Shown one piece after another: positions 56,348 to 64,000 of a stretch of 64,000 nt of DNA (position 1 is the stretch's first letter; the number at the start of each line of letters is the position of its first letter). Below the pieces are notes generated by a model. It did not search any database and had not been told where the DNA came from. It worked only from the letters and a program-made list of their open reading frames with translations. This stretch comes from Pecten maximus (lineage: Eukaryota), in assembly GCF_902652985.1 (NCBI RefSeq), contig NC_047018.1:9920001-9984000 (forward strand), given 5' to 3'. A program made the position numbers and the translations under genes.

Positions 56348-57710
56348 AATCTGCTAAACAATTATGTTTCCCCTTTATATGTCTGGATGACAAATGGAAA
56401 TTATGTGTGGCCGATAGCCAGAAAAGATATCTGAGAAACCGCATAACAATAGGATTTCGAGACGTGCATTTATTTATGCTTGATACAGTGACCATATTGT
56501 CCGAATAGACAATAATCCGCTTATTAGCCCAGGCCGGAGCCCAGTAATGTGCTGCAAGGCATACAGCTAAAACTTCCTTCTCATTTATGTGCATTTGTTT
56601 AGCACCAGGGATGTCAGATGACCAGTTGGAATAAAACCAGTCATTGCCCCAATGTCCACCTGCCCCTTCATTACAAGCATCTGTGTATATATTCGTAACA
56701 GGGACTTTGTTTAATAGGAGGGATTTACCGTTAAAGGTTTGAAGGAAGGTATGCCACCAAGCTAAGTCCCGGAGGACGTCTGCATTAAACCGGAGTTTAT
56801 GAGAATCTTTTTTGAGGGTGCAGATAGCATTTATCAGTCTGCGAAGGAAAACTCTCCCGCCATACACTACTGATGATGCCCAGTTTAATTTGCCTACTAA
56901 AGATTGCAGTTGCTTTTTGGTTGCACGACGACGAGAACTGAAAATGTCCAGATCTGACTTAAGTGCTTGAAGCTTCTCATTAGGAAGCCTTAGATGCATT
57001 TCATGGGAATCTATCTCAATACCCAGAAAAGTTAAAGTGCGGGATGGATCGACAACTTTGTTCCAGCTAATCATGAATCCCAACCTTCGTAAGAGGTATA
57101 ATAAGGTATTCAAGGTATACATGCATTGTTCCTTAGATAATTCACAGATAAAGAAGTCGTCCAAGTATGCTACTATGTTACGAAAACCCTTACGGTTCAT
57201 GATACGAATCACAGCCTGGGAAAGTCTATGAAAGATACTAGGTGCTAAACGAGAGCCAAATGGTAATTTTGTATCTATAAAGTAACGAGTACTATCTTTA
57301 AATTCCCAATGAATGCCAGTTACCATCTGACTTTTTTGACTAATTGGGACTACCCGGTAAGCACTTTTAAGGTCTACTTTTGCCATATAACAGTCTGGTG
57401 AGACCAGTCTTGCAGCAGAATCAACAGTACTAAACTTGTGCTTGGGAATGTCAGTAACATAATCATTTACTGCTGATCCTTCAGGTCTACTACAGTCATG
57501 TATCAACCTGACGCCCCCATCAGGTTTTGGTATGACCCCCAAAGGGCTTATGACCTTTGGTGGGTTAGGGACTTCAACATAGTTCCCATTTTCAATCTCT
57601 GTCAAAATTTGGTCTGTTGCTTTCTGATATAGTGGACCTGAAATTCTTGTAGAGGGGTGGTTTCTTAAAAGTACAGGGGTAGGGTTTGATGAAGGATCAA
57701 TTATGTCAAA
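56193..57710 (-). CDS. Reverse transcriptase-RNase H (pol) of the Ngaro-type retrotransposon, N-terminally truncated
   Basis: SPLGVIPK..G.VRLIHDCS, KVDLKSAYR, LPFG.R.AP.IF, YLDDF and FLGI.ID, then RNase H motifs YTDAC..G.G, HIN.KE, SDN and HI.G..N..AD..SR. The frame stays open upstream of 57605 to about 57710 (FDIIDP...NHPS). Confidence 0.93.
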   Translation of the reverse strand, partial: FDIIDPSSNPTPVLLRNHPSTRISGPLYQKATDQILTEIENGNYVEVPNPPKVISPLGVIPKPDGGVRLIHDCSRPEGSAVNDYVTDIPKHKFSTVDSAARLVSPDCYMAKVDLKSAYRVVPISQKSQMVTGIHWEFKDSTRYFIDTKLPFGSRLAPSIFHRLSQAVIRIMNRKGFRNIVAYLDDFFICELSKEQCMYTLNTLLYLLRRLGFMISWNKVVDPSRTLTFLGIEIDSHEMHLRLPNEKLQALKSDLDIFSSRRRATKKQLQSLVGKLNWASSVVYGGRVFLRRLINAICTLKKDSHKLRFNADVLRDLAWWHTFLQTFNGKSLLLNKVPVTNIYTDACNEGAGGHWGNDWFYSNWSSDIPGAKQMHINEKEVLAVCLAAHYWAPAWANKRIIVYSDNMVTVSSINKCTSRNPIVMRFLRYLFWLSATHNFHLSSRHIKGKHNCLADCVSRLHEQKAFHTFLSLLQPPVPIFSWLYHMSIKSLSLLLSRHDFKYQEAG

Positions 57711-57712
57711 AC

Positions 57713-58223
57713 GAGTTTATGAGAATCTTTTTTGAGGGTGCAGATAGCATTTATCAGTCTGCGAAGGAAAACTCTCCCGCCATACACTACTGATGATGCC
57801 CAGTTTAATTTGCCTACTAAAGATTGCAGTTGCTTTTTGGTTGCACGACGACGAGAACTGAAAATGTCCAGATCTGACTTAAGTGCTTGAAGCTTCTCAT
57901 TAGGAAGCCTTAGATGCATTTCATGGGAATCTATCTCAATACCCAGAAAAGTTAAAGTGCGGGATGGATCGACAACTTTGTTCCAGCTAATCATGAATCC
58001 CAACCTTCGTAAGAGGTATAATAAGGTATTCAAGGTATACATGCATTGTTCCTTAGATAATTCACAGATAAAGAAGTCGTCCAAGTATGCTACTATGTTA
58101 CGAAAACCCTTACGGTTCATGATACGAATCACAGCCTGGGAAAGTCTATGAAAGATACTAGGTGCTAAACGAGAGCCAAATGGTAATTTTGTATCTATAA
58201 AGTAACGAGTACTATCTTTAAAT
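57713..58223 (-). repeat. 511-bp exact duplication of the RT core (56793-57303) joined to the truncated 5' end of pol
   Basis: The sequence appears identical at offset 920, from gagtttatgagaatc to actatctttaaat. Confidence 0.93.
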
Positions 58224-59039
58224 AATTTATAGCGATAATAATACCATCGTCTCAGGAAATAGTTAAAGTCTCGAGGGACAATAAAAGTGCTATTTCCAGA
58301 AATACCCATACAATAATTGTTTTATCATATCCACATTAAATATGCTTCAAATATTTTTCAATATTACATGCAAGTAATAAAAGAAAAGTCTGTTTCAAAG
58401 ATAAAAAATTTGGCCTCCTGCAATAGAACATCGGTCGATTACCAGTACCTCGTGTCAAACATTCTGGACTTGTATAATAGTTAATTAATCATATTCGGTG
58501 AATTTCGGTATTTGGTCGAGACTAAGTATTCTATTCCACTCCTACGACCTATATTAGCCCAAATACAGGAGAAATGACATGGAATGAGTCACACTATTGC
58601 GAAATTAAGTTAAATGTATCAAACTAACTCTTTACACATGGATTATAATGTTTTTTTCTGATACGTTTTTTTTGCCTGATCAGAGTATATACAGTTACGT
58701 GCTACCTTGACTCGGTGTGTATTTAATCACGTTATTGACATTCCACTCAGCTGGTCTTTCATGTGTGGTGAAAAAACCAACTAAAACATTATGCTATAAT
58801 TATAACCCTACACCAGTGCTTATATATTCATTTCTAATTATGGTTATATAAATACTTTTTTCTTTACAAATAAATTAGGATATGTAACTGACAGCTTATA
58901 CACCCAAGTCAAATATAACAAAGAAAGACTTTAAATACACATCACGAAAACAATATTTAAATCACGCGTAATTGGCAGAGGACAATAGAAACTTGCAATA
59001 GGTTGGGAAATGTCAAAATCTGGATCTGGGAGATGTAAT

Positions 59040-59162
59040 GGCATACTATAAAATACGGTCTGGTCTGGTCTCATTATTCTGGTCTTGTTCCAAATTTTGG
59101 TCAAACCAGACCAAAATCTGAGAACAGACCAGGCAAAACCAGACCATGTATTACAGTATGCC
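59040..59162. mobile_element. Small MITE-like element with imperfect TIRs
   Basis: ggcatactataaaatacggtctgg pairs imperfectly with ccagaccatgtattacagtatgcc; internal tggtc/gacca subrepeats are present. Confidence 0.55.
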
Positions 59163-59794
59163 AGCTGACAGAATATCGCCCCCTGTATCCTACTGCATAT
59201 TGAACATGGGTGATTAAAATTGTCCCCTGAAAAATTGGAGATATTCTTTTGTGTCTTCTACTTACGGGGCATTTTAGAGACCAAAATAGATCTTCTGCGC
59301 TAATTGCAGCACTTGGTATCTTAAATATTTCCTCACTACTTTGTCTTTCTATGTTTTACCTCCTTCTATAGGTGTCTCCTTGACATCCGTCCTTATATGA
59401 CCCTGACTGTGGCAAGGACGTTAAAACCCTTAAAATAAAACAATTAAACAAACATCTCCATATATTCCACAAATATAATTAGATAAATAACACATCGTTG
59501 ATACCATATACCATACCCAAATATTGATTAGTGTTGGGAAACACAAAGTAAACAACAAATAATTGATCATTCAATTTGTTTTTAATTTCCACAATACATG
59601 TGATAAACACACGACATGCGGTTTATCGATTCCTTCCAATTAAAAACGCATTTCCTTTGTAAGTCAACATTAATAATCAATAACAGCATCATACACACTC
59701 CCTCTCATTCAAAACAATTATCCTCGCGTGGTCTAACTTGTGTAGTTATTCCGAGTAAATACGTCTATATAAAGTCACAGCCTGGTATAATACA

Positions 59795-62700
59795 ACAGAA
59801 ACATAACAAACCAGTATGGTACAGTAGTGTGTGTGACTGGTGTTAACATGACATAACAAACCAGTCTGGTACAGTAGTGTGTGTGACTGGTGTTAACATG
59901 ACATAACAAACCAGACTGGTACAGTAGTGTGTGTGACTGGTGTTAACATGACAGAACAAACCAGTCTGGTACAGTAGTGTGTGTGACTGGTGTTAACATG
60001 ACATAACAAACCAGTCTGGTACAGTAGTGTGTGTGACTGGTGTTAACATGACATAACAAACCAGACTGGTACAGTAGTGTGTGACTGGTGTTAACATGAC
60101 ATAACAAACCAGTCTGGTACAGTAGTGTGTGTGACTGGTGTTAACATGACATAACAAACCAGTCTGGTACAGTAGTGTGTGTGACTGGTGTTAACATGAC
60201 ATAACAAACCAGTCTGGTACAGTAGTGTGTGTGTGACTGGTGTTAACATGACATAACAAACCAGTCTGGTACAGTAGTGTGTGTGACTGGTGTTAACATG
60301 TCATAACAAACCAGACTGGTACAGTAGTGTGTGTGACTGGTGTTAACATGACATAACAAACCAGTATGGTACAGTAGTGTGTGTGACTGGTGTTAACATG
60401 ACAGAACAAACCAGTATGGTACAGTAGTGTGTGTGACTGGTGTTAACATGTCATAACAAACCAGTCTGGTACAGTAGTGTGTGTGACTGGTGTTAACATG
60501 ACATAACAAACCAGTCTGGTACAGTAGTGTGTGTGACTGGTGTTAACATGTCATAACAAACCAGTCTGGTACAGTAGTGTGTGTGACTGGTGTTAACATG
60601 ACAGAACAAACCAGTCTGGTACAGTAGTGTGTGTGACTGGTGTTAACATGACATAACAAACCAGTCTGGTACAGTAGTGTGTGTGACTGGTGTTAACATG
60701 ACATAACAAACCAGTCTGGTACAGTAGTGTGTGTGACTGGTGTTAACATGACAGAACAAACCAGTCTGGTACAGTAGTGTATGTGACTGGTGTTAACATG
60801 ACATAACAAACCAGTCTGGTACAGTAGTGTGTGTGACTGGTGTTAACATGACAGAACAAACCAGTCTGGTACAGTAGTGTGTGTGACTGGTGTTAACATG
60901 TCATAACAAACCAGTCTGGTACAGTAGTGTGTGTGACTGGTGTTAACATGACAGAACAAACCAGTCTGGTACAGTAGTGTGTGTGACTGGTGTTAACATG
61001 ACATAACAAACCAGTCTGGTACAGTAGTGTGTGTGACTGGTGTTAACATGACATAACAAACCAGTCTGGTACAGTAGTGTGTGTGACTGGTGTTAACATG
61101 ACATAACAAACCAGTCTGGTACAGTAGTGTGTGTGACTGGTGTTAACATGTCATAACAAACCAGTCTGGTACAGTAGTGTGTGTGACTGGTGTTAACATG
61201 ACAGAACAAACCAGTCTGGTACAGTAGTGTGTGTGACTGGTGTTAACATGACAGAACAAACCAGTCTGGTACAGTAGTGTGTGTGACTGGTGTTAACATG
61301 ACATAACAAACCAGTCTGGTACAGTAGTGTGTGTGACTGGTGTTAACATGACATAACAAACCAGTCTGGTACAGTAGCGTGTGTGACTGGTGTTAACATG
61401 ACATAACAAACCAGTCTGGTACAGTAGTGTATGTGACTGGTGTTAACATGACAGAACAAACCAGTCTGGTACAGTAGTGTGTGTGACTGGTGTTAACATG
61501 ACATAACAAACCAGTCTGGTACAGTAGTGTGTGTGACTGGTGTTAACATGACATAACAAACCAGTCTGGTACAGTAGTGTGTGTGACTGGTGTTAACATG
61601 ACATAACAAACCAGACTGGTACAGTAGTGTGTGTGACTGGTGTTAACATGACATAACAAACTAGTCTGGTACAGTAGTGTGTGTGACTGGTGTTAACATG
61701 ACAGAACAAACCAGTCTGGTACAGTAGTGTGTGTGTCTGGTGTTAACATGACAGAACAAACCAGTCTGGTACAGTAGTGTGTGTGTGACTGTTGTTAACA
61801 TGACAGAACAAACCAGACTGGTACAGTAGTGTGTGTGACTGGTGTTAACATGACAGAACAAACCAGTCTGGTACAGTAGTGTGTGACTGGTGTTAACATG
61901 ACAGAACAAACCAGTCTGGTACAGTAGTGTGTGTGTGACTGTTGTTAACATGACAGAACAAACCAGTCTGGTACAGTAGTGTGTGTGACTGGTGTTAACA
62001 TGACAGAACAAACCAGTCTGGTACAGTAGTGTGTGACTGGTGTTAACATGACAGAACAAACCAGACTGGTACAGTAGTGTGTGTGACTGGTGTTAACATG
62101 ACATAACAAACCAGTCTGGTACAGTAGTGTGTGTGACTGGTGTTAACATGACAGAACAAACCAGTCTGGTACAGTAGTGTGTGTGACTGGTGTTAACATG
62201 ACAGAACAAACCAGTCTGGTACAGTAGTGTGTGTGACTGGTGTTAACATGACAGAACAAACCAGTCTGGTACAGTAGTGTGTGTGACTGGTGTTAACATG
62301 ACATAACAAACCAGTCTGGTACAGTAGTGTGTGTGACTGGTGTTAACATGACAGAACAAACCAGTCTGGTACAGTAGTGTGTGTGACTGGTGTTAACATG
62401 ACATAACAAACCAGACTGGTACAGTAGTGTGTGACTGGTGTTAACATGACATAACAAACCAGTCTGGTACAGTAGTGTGTGTGACTGGTGTTAACATGAC
62501 ATAACAAACCAGTCTGGTACAGTAGTGTGTGTGACTGGTGTTAACATGACAGAACAAACCAGTCTGGTACAGTAGTGTGTGTGACTGGTGTTAACATGAC
62601 AGAACAAACCAGTATGGTACAGTAGTGTGTGTGACTGGTGTTAACATGACAGAACAAATCAGTCTGGTACAGTAGTGTGTGACTGGTGTTAACATGACAG

Positions 62701-64000
62701 AACAAACCAGTATGGTACAGTAGTGTGTGTGACTGGTGTTAACATGACAGAACAAACCAGTATGGTACAGTAGTGTGTGTGACTGGTGTTAACATGACAG
62801 AACAAACCAGTCTGGTACAGTAGTGTGTGACTGGTGTTAACATGACAGAACAAACCAGTCTGGTACAGTAGTGTGTGTGACTGGTGTTAACATGACAGAA
62901 CAAATCAGTCTGGTACAGTAGTGTGTGACTGGTGTTAACATGACAGAACAAACCAGTATGGTACAGTAGTGTGTGTGACTGGTGTTAACATGACATAACA
63001 AACCAGTCTGGTACAGTAGTGTGTGTGACTGGTGTTAACATGACAGAACAAACCAGTCTGGTACAGTAGTGTGTGTGACTGGTGTTAACATGACATAACA
63101 AACCAGTCTGGTACAGTAGTGTGTGTGACTGGTGTTAATATGACATAACAAACCAGTCTGGTACAGTAGTGTGTGTGACTGGTGTTAACATGACATAACA
63201 AACCAGTCTGGTACAGTAGTGTGTGACTGGTGTTAATATGACAGAACAAACCAGTATGGTACAGTAGTGTGTGTGACTGGTGTTAACATGTCATAACAAA
63301 CCAGTCTGGTACAGTAGTGTGTGTGACTGGTGTTAACATGACATAACAAACCAGTCTGGTACAGTAGTGTGTGACTGGTGTTAACATGACATAACAAACC
63401 AGTCTGGTACAGTAGTGTGTGTGACTGGTGTTAACATGACATAACAAACCAGTCTGGTACAGTAGTGTGTGACTGGTGTTAACATGACATAACAAACCAG
63501 ACTGGTACAGTAGTGTGTGTGACTGGTGTTAACATGACAGAACAAACCAGTCTGGTACAGTAGTGTGTGTGACTGGTGTTAACATGACAGAACAAACCAG
63601 TCTGGTACAGTAGTGTGTGTGTCTGGTGTTAACATGACATAACAAACCAGTATGGTACAGTAGTGTGTGTGACTGGTGTTAACATGACATAACAAACCAG
63701 TCTGGCACAGTAGTGTGTGTGACTGGTGTTAACATGACATAACAAACCAGTCTGGTACAGTAGTGTGTGTGACTGGTGTTAACATGACAGAACAAACCAG
63801 TCTGGTACAGTAGTGTGTGACTGGTGTTAACATGACAGAACAAACCAGTCTGGTACAGTAGTGTGTGACTGGTGTTAATATGACAGAACAAACCAGTATG
63901 GTACAGTAGTGTGTGTGACTGGTGTTAACATGTCATAACAAACCAGTCTGGTACAGTAGTGTGTGTGACTGGTGTTAACATGACAGAACAAACCAGTCTG
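59795..64000. repeat. Satellite, 50-bp unit (acataacaaaccagtctggtacagtagtgtgtgtgactggtgttaacatg), more than 80 copies, running off the window end
   Basis: Period 50, with 48-bp and 52-bp variants from GT slippage; very homogeneous. Confidence 0.98.

Larger units (their letters stand above)
53499..58223 (-). mobile_element. Ngaro/PAT-type (DIRS order) tyrosine-recombinase retrotransposon, 5'-truncated (no gag, no A1 repeat)
   Basis: Overlapping RT-RNaseH and YR ORFs, with no methyltransferase. The 3' end has a 289-bp direct repeat (54464-54752 and 53499-53787) around a 676-bp spacer, matching the B1-A2-B2 layout. Confidence 0.9.

Noticed and set aside
55238-57710. RT plus integrase pair as a prokaryotic retron, DGR or prophage, or as a novel system
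   Set aside because: The RT-RNaseH/YR overlap and the split direct repeats match the known Ngaro/PAT group of DIRS-order retrotransposons.
57701-58309. 202-aa RT ORF as a second independent gene
   Set aside because: It is an exact 511-bp duplicate of the pol core fused to unrelated flanking sequence.
59385-59455. Possible SINE 3' end (tatgaccctgactgtggcaaggacgttaaaac plus A-rich tail); similar hints near 11650-11690 and 24900-25000
   Set aside because: Too short and degenerate to define boundaries or A/B boxes by eye; not callable as tRNA or SINE without a Dfam search.
61661-63891. Cys/His/Thr-rich ORFs in the 50-bp satellite (and similar ORFs at 27097-28225)
   Set aside because: They are translations of tandem repeats and open only where GT slippage shifts the frame.
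14455-64000. Arrays with 31-66 bp units as possible CRISPR arrays
   Set aside because: The units are head-to-tail with no unique spacers, there are no cas genes, and the context is eukaryotic.

Overview
AT-rich animal genomic DNA with spliceosomal introns and many minisatellites; the repeat content suggests a mollusc such as a bivalve (inference). It contains four main things. (1) A complete 8-exon YIPF1/2-family Golgi membrane protein gene (- strand, 7831-3752, 382 aa). (2) A complete 10-exon DEG/ENaC (ASIC-like) channel gene (+ strand, 13326-25731, 939 aa). Its 1429-bp exon 8 inserts about 440 aa, probably helical, exactly at the knuckle position that is only about 20-25 aa in ASIC1. This is the most unusual feature of the window. 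(3) A tandem cluster of four GT31 beta-1,3-glycosyltransferase genes resembling brainiac (32.1-50.4 kb). Their CDSs are intronless, they show mosaic gene-conversion-like tracts, variable stems and a shared C-terminal helical extension, and one copy is frameshifted. (4) A young Ngaro/PAT-type tyrosine-recombinase retrotransposon (53.5-58.2 kb) with intact RT-RNaseH and YR ORFs, B1-A2-B2 split direct repeats and a truncated, duplicated 5' end. The remainder is decayed LINEs (CR1-group, L1/Tx1, RTE-X-like), small hairpin MITEs, Crypton-like remnants and more than 10 unrelated minisatellite arrays. I found no rRNA, tRNA or CRISPR. Exon models were assembled by hand from GT-AG sites and phase consistency; no database searches were run.
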